A stretch of 50,710 nt of DNA from SAR86 cluster bacterium (GTDB taxonomy: Bacteria > Pseudomonadota > Gammaproteobacteria > Magnimaribacterales > TMED112): assembly GCA_016779525.1 (NCBI GenBank), contig JADHNL010000004.1, positions 1 to 50,710 on the forward strand, given 5' to 3'. The notes under the pieces are model-generated. The model saw only the letters and a list, made by a program, of their open reading frames with translations. It did no database searches and had not been told where the DNA came from. The position numbers and the translations under genes were made by a program. This document shows positions 28,671 to 39,052 of the stretch, piece after piece (within the stretch, counting starts at the first letter, position 1; each line of letters begins with the position of its first letter).

Positions 28671-28682
28671 AAATTATAATTT
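28671..28682. promoter_or_regulatory. Palindromic bidirectional -10 element (def / purE)
   Basis: AAATTATAATTT gives TATAAT on both strands, 7 nt from the def ATG and 10 nt from the purE ATG. Confidence 0.65.
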
Positions 28683-28690
28683 TAAAACCT

Positions 28691-29188
28691 ATGGAAAAAA
28701 TAGACGTTGCTGTAATAATGGGGTCAGATTCTGACCTTGAACTAGGAAAAGCGAGCATAAACGCTTTAAAAAAATTTGATCTTTCAGGAGAGCTGAAAGT
28801 TATTTCTGCACACAGATCACCAGATGTGCTGGTTGAATATCTTAGATCCTCCAAAGAAAGAGGCTGCAAAGCATATATAGCTATAGCTGGCATGGCTGCT
28901 CATTTGGCAGGAGCAATTGCAGGGCACTCAGCAAGTCCAGTTCTTGGGGTGCCCTCAGCAAATAGCTCACTTGGAGGCTTGGATGCAATTCTCTCTACCT
29001 TGCAAATGCCTTCTGGTGTTCCAGTTGCTACATTTGCTGCAGGAAGTGCAGGGGCTACAAATGCAGGGATTTTTGCTGCTCAAATGTTAGCAGTTAACGA
29101 TCCAACTCTTGCTAATAAAGTTCAAGAATTTAAGTCTGAACTTAGAGAAAAAACAATCGAAAAGGATAAGAACCTAGATAGAGATTGA
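28691..29188 (+). CDS. purE: N5-CAIR mutase / AIR carboxylase PurE
   Basis: IMGSDSD, SAHRSP, AGMAAHL, LQMPSGVPVAT. Confidence 0.96.
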   Translation: MEKIDVAVIMGSDSDLELGKASINALKKFDLSGELKVISAHRSPDVLVEYLRSSKERGCKAYIAIAGMAAHLAGAIAGHSASPVLGVPSANSSLGGLDAILSTLQMPSGVPVATFAAGSAGATNAGIFAAQMLAVNDPTLANKVQEFKSELREKTIEKDKNLDRD

Positions 29189-29706
29189 AATTTACACAAT
29201 CTATCTTAGAGGCAGCTAGTTGGATTAAAGAAGGCCATGTGATTTGTTATCCCACTGAGGGTGTTTGGGGGATAGGTTCATTAAATCATCCTCAATTAAT
29301 AAAAAAGATTGGGAAAATAAAGAAGAGAGACCTAAATAAGAAATTTATACTATTGTTTGATAGCTTAGATAGTCTAGGCAGCAAGTATAAGATTAAACAA
29401 AAATATCTGATAAGAGCAAAAAAATACGAATACAGTTTTACTACTATTGTATTCCCAACCCCAGAGGGAGATTCAGTGGCTGCGAGAGTACCAAGTTTCA
29501 AAACTCTAAAACAGTTGCTAAAAGCCGTTGGCGAAGAAATTATTTCAACTTCTGCAAATATTTCTGGTAACGATGTTTGTAAGAACGTCACTGAAATTAA
29601 AACTCATTTTGGTAGCGAGGTTTATGGTGTATTGAATTTAAAGTTGCAAGGTCAGACCAAACCTTCAACAATTATTGATATTAAAAGAAATGAAGTTATT
29701 AGATAA
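29185..29706 (+). CDS. tsaC: L-threonylcarbamoyladenylate synthase (YrdC/Sua5 family)
   Basis: YPTEGVWG, KKR, STSANISG, PSTIID. Confidence 0.9.
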   Translation: MKFTQSILEAASWIKEGHVICYPTEGVWGIGSLNHPQLIKKIGKIKKRDLNKKFILLFDSLDSLGSKYKIKQKYLIRAKKYEYSFTTIVFPTPEGDSVAARVPSFKTLKQLLKAVGEEIISTSANISGNDVCKNVTEIKTHFGSEVYGVLNLKLQGQTKPSTIIDIKRNEVIR

Positions 29707-30601
29707 AAATAAGCACATTGGCGAGGGATTTAAGGACTTTCAAAATATTTTATTAGAACATTTTTTTCTTAAAGAAGATAAGACAATATGGGAGATGGAC
29801 AAATGGACTAAGGATAACCTTGGTGAAGGCCTTTCAGCTGTAGTAGATGGCGGGAATTTTTTCAATAAGGCGGGCGTAAACTATTCTAGAATTCAGGGGG
29901 AATCTTTGCCTGCTTCTTCTGTAGGATCCAATGGTCAGTTTGAAAGCAAGCCATTTTATGCAACCGGTGTATCAGTTGTTTGTCACCCCGACAATCCAAA
30001 CATACCAACGGCACACTTAAATGTAAGATATTTTTGTGTTTTTGAAGGTGAAACAATTTTGAGTGAATGGTTTGGAGGTGGTTTTGATCTTACTCCTTAC
30101 TTCCCATTTGAAGAAGATTACTTGCTTTGGCACCAGCATGCGAAAGCCGCATGTGATTCGGCAAATAAAAGCTACTATGAAAAATTTAAGAAAAATTGCG
30201 ATGATTATTTTTACTTGCCTCACAGAAAAGAACATAGAGGAATTGGCGGCATTTTCTATGAACAGCTGAACTTTTCAGATTACAAAAAAGGGTTGAACTT
30301 CTCTCAAAAAGTTACCAATGCATTCATAAACGCCTATATCAAGATCATTGAAAAAAGAGAGAGTTTAACGTTTGATCATCGAGACAAAGAGTTTCAAAAA
30401 TTTAGACGCAGTCGATATGTTGAATTCAATCTACTTCATGATAGAGGCACGCTATTTGGCCTTCAATCAGGAGGCAGAATCGAATCAATTTTAATGTCTC
30501 TTCCTACAGATGTGTCTTGGAGATATAGATATGAAGACAAATTAACAGATAAGGAGAAACAGATTTATAAATACATTAAGTCAACCAAGGATTGGTGTTA
30601 A
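29690..30601 (+). CDS. hemF: Oxygen-dependent coproporphyrinogen III oxidase
   Basis: ATGVSVVCHP, AHLNVRYF, WFGGGFDLTP, RGIGGIF, YVEFNLLHDRGTLFGL. Confidence 0.97.
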   Translation: MKLLDKNKHIGEGFKDFQNILLEHFFLKEDKTIWEMDKWTKDNLGEGLSAVVDGGNFFNKAGVNYSRIQGESLPASSVGSNGQFESKPFYATGVSVVCHPDNPNIPTAHLNVRYFCVFEGETILSEWFGGGFDLTPYFPFEEDYLLWHQHAKAACDSANKSYYEKFKKNCDDYFYLPHRKEHRGIGGIFYEQLNFSDYKKGLNFSQKVTNAFINAYIKIIEKRESLTFDHRDKEFQKFRRSRYVEFNLLHDRGTLFGLQSGGRIESILMSLPTDVSWRYRYEDKLTDKEKQIYKYIKSTKDWC

Positions 30602-31357
30602 ATGAAGAAGTTAGGTGTTTTGGGAAAAGAAATTTCATATTCCATGTCGCCAGAGATTCATAATAGTTTTGCCAAAGAGCATGGAATAGATATTGCTTAT
30701 AAGATTTTTGATATTCCTGCTGATCCAATAGGTTTTATTGAAAATTTTTTCAATCATGGCGGCATTGGTTTAAATATTACAAAACCATATAAGGAGATAG
30801 TTGCTAAAAAATTTTCGAAAGACTTAAATTCTGTAAACTGTTTGTTTGGCAGACCCATAAACTCAGCATCGACAGACGGTATAGGGCTTATAGCTGATCT
30901 AAAAAGCAAGAATATTGAAACTAAGGGCAAAAATATCCTAATTTGGGGTATGGGAGGAGCAGGAATCTCAATTGTGAAAGAGCTTTCACATAATCAAACT
31001 ACTTATATTGCAAATAGGTCTAAGGAAAAATTATCAATAATTCAAAATTCATTTTTAAATGTCGAAGAATATGCTAACCAAGAGATAGACCTAGTGATTT
31101 TGTGTGTACAAGACATAGATCAAAATACAGAAAAGCAGATCAGACAAATCAATTTGAGAAAAGATGCCTATATCTATGATATTAATTACACAGGAAGCAC
31201 ACTAAACACAATTGAGTCATTAGAGTTGGTTTCTAAAGATCGTATTTTCAACGGTCTGGGAATGCTTGTGGAACAAGCAGCAGAATCCTATAGGCTGTGG
31301 TTTAATTATTCACCATCGACTGAAAAAATAAAAAATTTTCTTAATGAAAGATTATAA
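30602..31357 (+). CDS. aroE: Shikimate dehydrogenase
   Basis: SMSPEIHN, NITKPYK, TDGIG, GMGGAG, GLGMLVEQAA. Confidence 0.93.
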   Translation: MKKLGVLGKEISYSMSPEIHNSFAKEHGIDIAYKIFDIPADPIGFIENFFNHGGIGLNITKPYKEIVAKKFSKDLNSVNCLFGRPINSASTDGIGLIADLKSKNIETKGKNILIWGMGGAGISIVKELSHNQTTYIANRSKEKLSIIQNSFLNVEEYANQEIDLVILCVQDIDQNTEKQIRQINLRKDAYIYDINYTGSTLNTIESLELVSKDRIFNGLGMLVEQAAESYRLWFNYSPSTEKIKNFLNERL

Positions 31358-31511
31358 ATTTATCGCTGGAGCCTTATGTCCTCAGTGTGGAGAAATAGAT
31401 TCAATTGTACTCAAAAACGATGATTCTGAAATTAAGTGTGTTTTATGTAATTATTTTAAAAAGAAAGACCACAATCAAATTGAATCCATTAGAATAGTAA
31501 GCGACGATTAG
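31344..31511 (+). CDS. YheV-family small zinc-ribbon protein (55 aa)
   Basis: Not in the ORF track. MKDYKFIAGALCPQCGEIDS...KCVLCNY: FIAGAxCPxC plus CxxC; start overlaps the aroE end. Confidence 0.82.
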   Translation: MKDYKFIAGALCPQCGEIDSIVLKNDDSEIKCVLCNYFKKKDHNQIESIRIVSDD

Positions 31512-31564
31512 ACCTACTATTAATGTAGTTTATTGCTCGACATTAAAACCATTTATAGTACTAT

Positions 31565-32725
31565 ATGGCGTACATGAAGAAAGAACTTGGGCTTTTAACA
31601 CTTTTAACATTACCTTTCATTTCATCTGCAGATTGGCTCGATGTGAATATGCCTGTTGGTGTAACGGATATCAGCCAAGATGTCTTTGGCCTACACATGC
31701 TTATGTTTTGGATAATGATTGCTATTGGTGTAGTCGTTTTTGGTGTTTTATTTTACGCAATGTGGAAATACCGAAGGTCAAATAATAAAACTGCTGCTGA
31801 CTTTGAAGAAAACCACAAACTTGAGATAGCTTGGACTGTTGTGCCGACTATTATTCTCATCCTAATGGCTTTGCCAGCATCAAGCTTGCTAAAAAAAATG
31901 TATGACCATGAGGCAGAAGAAGGTGGCATTGATATTCAGGTCATAGGATGGCAATGGAAATGGCAGTATAAATATTTAGATGAAAAAGTAGGCGACAAAC
32001 CATTAAGTTTTTTCTCAAACTTGACCACACCTTCTGACCAATATGAAACCAACCAAGCAACTAAAGGAGAAAACTATTTATTGGAAGTTGATGAAGAAGT
32101 TGTTGTTCCCATAAATACGCCTATAAGATTTTTAATTACAAGTAACGATGTTATTCATTCCTGGTATATGAGTGATTTTGCAGTGAAGCAAGATGCTATT
32201 CCTGGCTTCATCAATGTAGCGAAAACTACTATTAATGAACCAGGTGTTTACAGAGGAAACTGTACGGAGTTGTGCGGCGAGCGTCATGCGTATATGCCTG
32301 TAGTTGTAAGAGCAGTCACGCGAGACGAATATCAGGACTGGCTGCAAAGCAAAAAAGATGCTGCTGAGCAGGTTGCTTTCCTAACAGAAAAAGACTGGAC
32401 ACTAGCAGAGCTAATGGAACAAGGTGAGGAGATTTACAACACAAGGTGTGCTGCATGTCATCAAATGAATGGAGCAGGCATTCCAGGCTTCTACCCAGCG
32501 CTCGCAGGTAGTGATCTTGTGCTTTATGACAAACCAAAGCATATTGAGATCCTTATGGAGGGCGTTAGAGGAAGCCAAATGCAATCATTTGCTGAACAGC
32601 TCAACGAAGTTGAGATGGCTTCAGTGATTACATTTACAAGACAGTCATGGGGGAATGACAGAGCAGGAGACGGGGAAATAGTAATACCAAAAGATATTGT
32701 TGAATATAAGCAAAAAGATAGCTAA
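31565..32725 (+). CDS. coxB: Cytochrome c oxidase subunit II with C-terminal cytochrome c domain
   Basis: LEIAWT, WQWKW, DVIHSW, CuA motif CTELCGERHAYM, haem c motif CAACH. Confidence 0.97.
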   Translation: MAYMKKELGLLTLLTLPFISSADWLDVNMPVGVTDISQDVFGLHMLMFWIMIAIGVVVFGVLFYAMWKYRRSNNKTAADFEENHKLEIAWTVVPTIILILMALPASSLLKKMYDHEAEEGGIDIQVIGWQWKWQYKYLDEKVGDKPLSFFSNLTTPSDQYETNQATKGENYLLEVDEEVVVPINTPIRFLITSNDVIHSWYMSDFAVKQDAIPGFINVAKTTINEPGVYRGNCTELCGERHAYMPVVVRAVTRDEYQDWLQSKKDAAEQVAFLTEKDWTLAELMEQGEEIYNTRCAACHQMNGAGIPGFYPALAGSDLVLYDKPKHIEILMEGVRGSQMQSFAEQLNEVEMASVITFTRQSWGNDRAGDGEIVIPKDIVEYKQKDS

Positions 32726-32734
32726 GGAGAAAAA

Positions 32735-34321
32735 ATGAGTGCAGTAGTTGAGAGCCACGACCATCATCACGGACCAAAAAAAGGTCTCTTAAGATGGCTA
32801 TTTACCACAAACCACAAAGATATTGGAACTCTCTATCTTTGGTTTAGTTTCTTAATGTTTTTGACGGGCGGTGCAATGGCAATGGGCATACGAGCAGAAT
32901 TATTTGAGCCAGGATTGCAACTAATGGACCCAATCAGGTACAACCAATTGGTCACTATGCATGGCTTAATCATGATTTTTGGTGGAGTTATGCCTGCGTT
33001 TGTTGGGCTTGCAAACTGGTTAATACCTATGCAAATTGGAGCACCAGATATGGCATTGCCAAGAATGAATAATTTAAGTTTTTGGCTACTACCTGCTGCG
33101 TTCACTATACTGCTATCAACAGCATTCATGGAAGGGGGCATGCCGGGTTTTGGCTGGACTTTTTACGCTCCTTTATCAACAAACTATCCAAACATAGCTT
33201 ATTTCGTCTTTGCCATACATATCATGGGCATTTCCTCAATAATGGGGTCCATTAATGTAATAGTTACGATTATGAACATGAGAGCTCCTGGGTTGAGCCT
33301 GATGAAAATGCCACTTTTTGTTTGGTCTTGGCTTATTACTGCTTATTTGCTAATAGCGGTAATGCCAGTGTTAGCTGGTGCGGTAACAATGTTATTGATG
33401 GATGCTTATTTTGGCACATCTTTCTTTGATGCAGCAGGTGGCGGAGATCCTGTATTATTTCAGCACATATTTTGGTTTTTTGGACATCCAGAAGTCTACA
33501 TTATGATTTTGCCAGCTTTTGGAATTACATCTCACATCATTTCCACATTCTCTAGAAAACCACTATTTGGACATTCATCAATGGTATACGCCATGGTTTC
33601 AATAGCTGTGTTGTCTTTTGTTGTTTGGGCACACCACATGTTTACAGTTGGTATGCCTCTTGTTGCTGAACTATTTTTTATGTGGGCAACAATGTTAATT
33701 GCTATTCCTACTGGAGTTAAGGTTTTTAATTGGGTCGCAACTATTTTTAAAGGATCAATTACTTATGAAACCCCAATGCTTTTTGCCATTGCATTTGTAG
33801 TTTTATTCACAATTGGAGGTTTTTCTGGATTAATGCTAGCCATTACACCTGCAGACTTTCAGTACCACGATACTTATTTTGTGGTAGCTCATTTCCATTA
33901 CGTTTTAGTACCGGGTGCAGTATTTTCTATTATGGCAGCTGTTTATTATTGGTTGCCTAAGTGGACTGGAAACATGTACGACGAAAAAATGGGCAAACTC
34001 CATTTTTGGCTCTCATTCATTGGTGTCAATGTAACATTCTTCCCACAACACTTTGTTGGTTTGGCGGGAATGCCAAGGAGATATGCTGATTACGCACTTC
34101 AGTTTGCAGAATGGAATGCCGTTTCATCTATTGGCGCATTTTTATTTGGCTTTTCTCAGCTTTTATTTCTATATATTGTTGTAAAAGCAGTTATGGCTGG
34201 AAAGAAAGCTACCCCTCAAGTTTGGGATGGTGCAAGGGGCTTAGAATGGACAGTAGATTCGCCAGCTCCATACCATACCTTTGAGGTTCCACCGAAGATT
34301 ACTGAGCAAACAAAACTATGA
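32735..34321 (+). CDS. coxA: Cytochrome c oxidase subunit I (A1 type)
   Basis: [36 protein letters not shown]; AAGGAG SD. Confidence 0.99.
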   Translation: MSAVVESHDHHHGPKKGLLRWLFTTNHKDIGTLYLWFSFLMFLTGGAMAMGIRAELFEPGLQLMDPIRYNQLVTMHGLIMIFGGVMPAFVGLANWLIPMQIGAPDMALPRMNNLSFWLLPAAFTILLSTAFMEGGMPGFGWTFYAPLSTNYPNIAYFVFAIHIMGISSIMGSINVIVTIMNMRAPGLSLMKMPLFVWSWLITAYLLIAVMPVLAGAVTMLLMDAYFGTSFFDAAGGGDPVLFQHIFWFFGHPEVYIMILPAFGITSHIISTFSRKPLFGHSSMVYAMVSIAVLSFVVWAHHMFTVGMPLVAELFFMWATMLIAIPTGVKVFNWVATIFKGSITYETPMLFAIAFVVLFTIGGFSGLMLAITPADFQYHDTYFVVAHFHYVLVPGAVFSIMAAVYYWLPKWTGNMYDEKMGKLHFWLSFIGVNVTFFPQHFVGLAGMPRRYADYALQFAEWNAVSSIGAFLFGFSQLLFLYIVVKAVMAGKKATPQVWDGARGLEWTVDSPAPYHTFEVPPKITEQTKL

Positions 34322-34854
34322 GAAAAGCATTTGTTGGTTTAATAGCAGCAACACTTTTCATGTTTGCGTTTTCCTTCATGTTGGTGCCTTTATACAATGT
34401 TTTTTGCGAAGTCACAGGTTTGAATGGCAAAATATATGGACCATCAGATTTTTTTAAATCCGAAAAAGAAGTTAGAGAAAGGAATGTCAACATTCGCTTT
34501 TTAAGCCAAGTAAATGAATCGGCTCCTGTAACTTTTTACCCATCATCAGAATCCCTTGAAGTTTTAACAGACAAAGTCACCAAAACATCTTATATAGCTC
34601 GAAACAACACAAACAAAACACTTACTTTAACAATTGTACCGTCTGTATCTCCTGGACTAGCAGCTGAGCAGGTAAAAAAAATTCAATGTTTTTGCTTTGA
34701 AGAGCAAACTTTAGCTCCGTATGAAGAACAAGAGTGGCCAATTAGGTTTTATGTTGATTCAGAGCTTAGAGAGAATGTAAATGATATTTATTTGTCTTAT
34801 ACTTTGTTTGAAAATAATAGAGAGAATTCAATGGTAATGCATCATGACAGCTAA
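34318..34854 (+). CDS. ctaG: Cytochrome c oxidase CuB assembly protein Cox11/CtaG
   Basis: [28 protein letters not shown]. Confidence 0.95.
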   Translation: MRKAFVGLIAATLFMFAFSFMLVPLYNVFCEVTGLNGKIYGPSDFFKSEKEVRERNVNIRFLSQVNESAPVTFYPSSESLEVLTDKVTKTSYIARNNTNKTLTLTIVPSVSPGLAAEQVKKIQCFCFEEQTLAPYEEQEWPIRFYVDSELRENVNDIYLSYTLFENNRENSMVMHHDS

Positions 34855-35764
34855 AACAGATACTCATCAAAAATATTATGTGCCTGAAGAAAGCAGAATA
34901 CCTATAGTATTTGCTTTTGCCGCCCTTATAGCAGGATTTGGTGCAGCTAATGCAGTGGCCGGTTATGGAACAACAATGCTTTACGTTGGGCTGGTCGCAG
35001 TAATATTTACACTTGCATTTTGGTGGTCAACTGTGACCAAGGAATCACAAGCTGGGCTAGATACTCCTCAGCTCAATAATGCCTACGTTTATGGAATGGC
35101 ATGGTTTATATTTTCAGAGGTAATGTTCTTTTTCGCCTTCTTTGGAGCTTTGTTTTACATTCGTTCATTTGCAGTCCCATGGTTAGGGGGAGAGGGTGCT
35201 AAAGGTATTGCTGGCGAGCTTCTTTGGCCTGAATTTGAGGCTACATGGCCACCCATGATCACTCCAGAACAAAGTCTTTTAGGTGAAAATGCTGCAGTTA
35301 AAGGACCAGATGAAAATATGTATTTGCACAGCCTTAGGGATATAGGTTCTTGGCTTCCATTGTGGAATACAGTGGTTCTTTTAAGCTCTAGTGGAACAGT
35401 ACACATTGCCCATATGGCTCTAAAAGAGAATAACAAAAAAAGATTTAACTTTTGGTTGGGAGTTACTGTGACATTGGCATTTATATTTGTCATTTTACAG
35501 GCTGTTGAATATTACGAAGCATACAGCCATTTAGGCTTAACACTCGAATCAGGAGTTTATGGAACAACCTTCTTCATGTTGACGGGTTTTCATGGAATGC
35601 ATGTGCTGATTGGTGGAATATTCCTTCTTACACAATTAGTAAGATCTTCAGGCTATAAGCATTTTTCAGATAAAGAGCATTTTGGTTTTGAAGCAGCGTC
35701 TTGGTACTGGCATTTTGTTGATGTGGTATGGGTATGTCTCTTCTTGTTTGTTTATATTCTCTAA
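34844..35764 (+). CDS. coxC: Cytochrome c oxidase subunit III
   Basis: FIFSEVMFF, TGFHGMHV, WYWHFVDVVW. Confidence 0.98.
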   Translation: MTAKTDTHQKYYVPEESRIPIVFAFAALIAGFGAANAVAGYGTTMLYVGLVAVIFTLAFWWSTVTKESQAGLDTPQLNNAYVYGMAWFIFSEVMFFFAFFGALFYIRSFAVPWLGGEGAKGIAGELLWPEFEATWPPMITPEQSLLGENAAVKGPDENMYLHSLRDIGSWLPLWNTVVLLSSSGTVHIAHMALKENNKKRFNFWLGVTVTLAFIFVILQAVEYYEAYSHLGLTLESGVYGTTFFMLTGFHGMHVLIGGIFLLTQLVRSSGYKHFSDKEHFGFEAASWYWHFVDVVWVCLFLFVYIL

Positions 35765-35973
35765 CCCCACGGGGCATTGTTTCCAAGCTGTCCAGTGTAC
35801 AGACCATAACCAACCAAGATTAAGAGAATGGCGCCCAATGTTACTCTGAACCCCAAGCCATAGAGAATTCTTTTTTTGCCCGGGTTCCCTCTATCAACAA
35901 AAAGAAAAACCAAGCTTGATGCAAGACTTATGAGTATAAGAATTACCAACAGAATAATAATATTTTGCAACAC
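35761..35973 (-). CDS. DUF2909-type twin-transmembrane small protein
   Basis: Two hydrophobic helices, SLASSLVFL..D, LGFRVTL, APW; usual antisense position between coxC and SURF1. Start uncertain (GTG 35973 or TTG 35970). Confidence 0.8.
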   Translation of the reverse strand: MLQNIIILLVILILISLASSLVFLFVDRGNPGKKRILYGLGFRVTLGAILLILVGYGLYTGQLGNNAPWG

Positions 35974-35991
35974 ACAGGTATTAAAACACAA

Positions 35992-36678
35992 ATGAAAGGG
36001 TTTAAACGCAAGATTTTAATTTTTACCTTTATTTTTATGCCGATAACATTTTCACTTGGCTTATGGCAACTTGATAGAGCAGATGAGAAAAGGAATATTT
36101 TGGCAACATTTGATCAGCTGGTTACTAAAGCACCTGCAAATCTTGATGATGAGCTGCTAAATTGGCAGCCTATCACTGCCCAGGGCAGGTACACAGATCT
36201 AGTGCTATATGAAGACAATGCACTTTTAGATGGAAAAGCAGGCTTTAGGGTTTATCACCTTTTTGAAACAAATGATGATAAATATATTTTTATTCACAGG
36301 GGTTTTGTTGAAAGACAGCAAATAAAAAATGACTTACCCTTAGTCAGCATTCCACAAGGAGATTTTGTGCTTACTGGCAACAAACTGGAAAAAAATAAAA
36401 ACCCTTTTGTACAAAATTTAGCTGAAGAGAACCCACTTATTATCCAAGAATTTAACCTTGATCAAATTATCGATAATTTTAATTATTTAAAAAATAAGCC
36501 CGTCTATGGGTTTTTGTTTAATCTCAATCCTTCTGATAAAAATAAATTTAAATCTGTAGAAAAGCCCATAAATATGACAACAGAAAAGCACTTAGGTTAT
36601 GCTATTCAATGGTTTGGTCTGTTTGCTATCTTATTCATTATGACCTTAGTAATAGGATTAAGAAGAGATGAAAAATAA
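35992..36678 (+). CDS. SURF1/Shy1-family oxidase assembly protein
   Basis: LGLWQLDRADEK, HRGFV, HLGYAIQWF. Start placed at ATG 35992. Confidence 0.93.
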   Translation: MKGFKRKILIFTFIFMPITFSLGLWQLDRADEKRNILATFDQLVTKAPANLDDELLNWQPITAQGRYTDLVLYEDNALLDGKAGFRVYHLFETNDDKYIFIHRGFVERQQIKNDLPLVSIPQGDFVLTGNKLEKNKNPFVQNLAEENPLIIQEFNLDQIIDNFNYLKNKPVYGFLFNLNPSDKNKFKSVEKPINMTTEKHLGYAIQWFGLFAILFIMTLVIGLRRDEK

Positions 36679-37225
36679 CAAGTGGCTAGCACTGATAATA
36701 CTAATTACACCTCTTGTGGTGCTAGGCCTATCAACATTAACATTTTATTTTGGCTACAAGCCTGACTCGTCATCAAACAATGGTGAGCTAATATATCCAC
36801 ATATCGAAACAGATGGCGCCAGATTAAAAGAAATATCTGGAGAGCCTTTTAGCTTTAAAAAAGGGAAATGGTACTTAATATATTTTGATAGTCTAAAGAG
36901 CGTCTCTGAGAGTGAAGAAACCTATAAACTTTTATTTAGCTTAAACACAACACTTGGTAGGGAAATGAACAGAGTTAAACGAGTTGTAGTGCTTAAAAAC
37001 AAAATAACAACTATCGAACAAAAAGAGCTTATTGATAAATTTCCAAGTACATTTTTTCTAGTTGATACGGATAGGATTTTAGAAAGTAAGATTTCTGCGA
37101 ACAGGCCAAATCCATATGAGAGTCGGTCAATTTATTTATCAGATGATTTTTCAAACATAATGGAAGAATTCAAGACAGATTTAGAATTTAAGGAAATATT
37201 TGAAGATTTAAAAACTTTATTATGA
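36668..37225 (+). CDS. Membrane-anchored hypothetical protein of the cox cluster
   Basis: N-terminal TM, NNGELIYP, GKW, LGREMNRV, EDLKTLL, typical of the uncharacterised gene between SURF1 and cox15. Confidence 0.78.
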   Translation: MKNNKWLALIILITPLVVLGLSTLTFYFGYKPDSSSNNGELIYPHIETDGARLKEISGEPFSFKKGKWYLIYFDSLKSVSESEETYKLLFSLNTTLGREMNRVKRVVVLKNKITTIEQKELIDKFPSTFFLVDTDRILESKISANRPNPYESRSIYLSDDFSNIMEEFKTDLEFKEIFEDLKTLL

Positions 37226-38208
37226 ACCCAATTAGAATACTTTCAGCATTTGGAGTACTGCTTGCATTTGTCGTTATAGCCCTTGGAGCCTGGACAAGAC
37301 TTGCTGATGCTGGTCTTGGTTGTCCAGACTGGCCTGGCTGCTATGGTTTTGTTACATTCCCAACAACAGCGTCCGAAATAGCACAAGCTGAAGCCCTTTA
37401 CCCCCATAGTCCAGTTGAAATAGATAAAATTATTCCTGAAGTTGTGCACAGATATTTTGCTGCATCTTTAGGGCTGCTGGCTATCGTGATTTTATTTTTC
37501 TCTAAAAAAAACAATAAACACATAAAACTATCTTCAGCTTTGCTTGCAGTTATTATTGGTCAAGGAATCTTTGGATATTTGACTGTTAGCTTAAAGCTAT
37601 ATCCACTTATAGTTACTGGCCATCTTTTTGGGGCAATGATAGTTACATCAATTTTTTTAATAATGTTTCTCAATACATCAAATTATCAATACAGCTCTAA
37701 TGTTTTAAGATCAAGAAGAGCATTGATTTATATAGGCTTTGGTCTTGTTATATGGCAGATTTTTCTTGGAGCCTGGACTTCAACAAATTACGCCGCACGA
37801 GCATGTCTGGACTTTCCACTTTGCCAAGGCCAAATGATTCCACCAACAGACTTTTCAGAAGGGTTTAATTTTTTACAGTCATTAGGACCTAATTATTTAT
37901 TTGGTCAGTTAAGCAATGAAGCTAGGGTAGCAATTCACTTAACACACAGGATTGGTGCTGTTATTGTGCTGCTTTATTCAATTTTTTTAGCCACCAAGAT
38001 CTATTCAAAACAGACAAAGTTATTTGTTTTTACATTCTTAGGAATCTTGGGGACCCAAATATTTTTAGGAATAAATAATATACTAAGCTCTTTGCCACTA
38101 TGGAATGCTGTTGCCCACAATATGGTTGGAGTAATGTTGTTTTTGTGGTTTGTTGTTATGATTTATTTTAGTTATAAAGGGAAAAATGAATCTAGCAGCC
38201 TATCTTGA
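37222..38208 (+). CDS. ctaA: Heme A synthase Cox15/CtaA
   Basis: LGAWTRLADAGLGCPDWPGC, EVVHR, ACLDFPLC, HLTHR, AVAHN. Confidence 0.95.
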   Translation: MNPIRILSAFGVLLAFVVIALGAWTRLADAGLGCPDWPGCYGFVTFPTTASEIAQAEALYPHSPVEIDKIIPEVVHRYFAASLGLLAIVILFFSKKNNKHIKLSSALLAVIIGQGIFGYLTVSLKLYPLIVTGHLFGAMIVTSIFLIMFLNTSNYQYSSNVLRSRRALIYIGFGLVIWQIFLGAWTSTNYAARACLDFPLCQGQMIPPTDFSEGFNFLQSLGPNYLFGQLSNEARVAIHLTHRIGAVIVLLYSIFLATKIYSKQTKLFVFTFLGILGTQIFLGINNILSSLPLWNAVAHNMVGVMLFLWFVVMIYFSYKGKNESSSLS

Positions 38209-39052
38209 GCTTTGTAAGCCGAAAATTGTTCTAATGCTGGGGCTAACTGCATTGGTTGGCATGCTTCTTTCTGTTAATTTTTATACCAATATTTTTTCTG
38301 GCCTAATAAGCCTACTTGGATTTATTCTTTTGGCATCCTCTTCTGCTGCATTTAATCAAATTTTTGACAAAGATTTAGACAAGAACATGGTTAGAACTAA
38401 AAACAGACCCGTTGCTTCGGGAGCACTTAAATTGTCTCATGCTTTGGTATTTAGCTTTCTTCTTTTTTTATGTGGTTGTTTTTTATTGTACCAATATTCA
38501 AATATTCTCACCTTATCCTTAACTGTATTTGGCTTTGTGTTCTACGGCATTATTTACACATTATTTTTGAAATGGTCTACACCCCAAAATATTGTAATTG
38601 GAGGCTTTTCTGGGGCCTTGCCGCCACTAATTGGTTGGACAGCAATTAATAATGAGATTTCTCTAATGCCAATAATACTGGTTGCGGTGATATTTTTGTG
38701 GACACCCCCACATTTTTGGCCCTTAGCAATTCACAGAATTGAAGATTATAAAAAAGAAAAAGTACCAATGATGCCAGTTGCTAAAGGCATCAAAAGAACA
38801 AAGTTTGAAATGGTAATTTATGCTCTATTACTAACAATTACATCTACAACCCCATACTTCTACGGGCTAGCAGGGGAAATATATTTTTTTAGTACACTTG
38901 CATTGAACCTGATTTTTTTATTTCTTTGCTACGGTTACTTACAAGACCAAGAAAATAAAAAGTCTATGCAAATTTTTAATTTTTCAGTCTGGTATATGTT
39001 TTTATTTTTTTCTATGACTTATATAGACTTTTTAATTTACCTAGATGTCTAA
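38186..39052 (+). CDS. cyoE: Protoheme IX farnesyltransferase (heme O synthase)
   Basis: ELCKPK, DKDLDKNMVRTKNRP, QNIVIGG, WTPPHFW. Confidence 0.96.
   Translation: MNLAAYLELCKPKIVLMLGLTALVGMLLSVNFYTNIFSGLISLLGFILLASSSAAFNQIFDKDLDKNMVRTKNRPVASGALKLSHALVFSFLLFLCGCFLLYQYSNILTLSLTVFGFVFYGIIYTLFLKWSTPQNIVIGGFSGALPPLIGWTAINNEISLMPIILVAVIFLWTPPHFWPLAIHRIEDYKKEKVPMMPVAKGIKRTKFEMVIYALLLTITSTTPYFYGLAGEIYFFSTLALNLIFLFLCYGYLQDQENKKSMQIFNFSVWYMFLFFSMTYIDFLIYLDV

Noticed and set aside
28666-28893. 76-aa N-terminal extension on Def
   Set aside because: It is the antisense read of purE; the Def fold begins at 28665.
32400-32725. Cytochrome c domain fused to CoxB as a novelty
   Set aside because: Well-known architecture in Pseudomonas-like and marine gammaproteobacterial oxidases.
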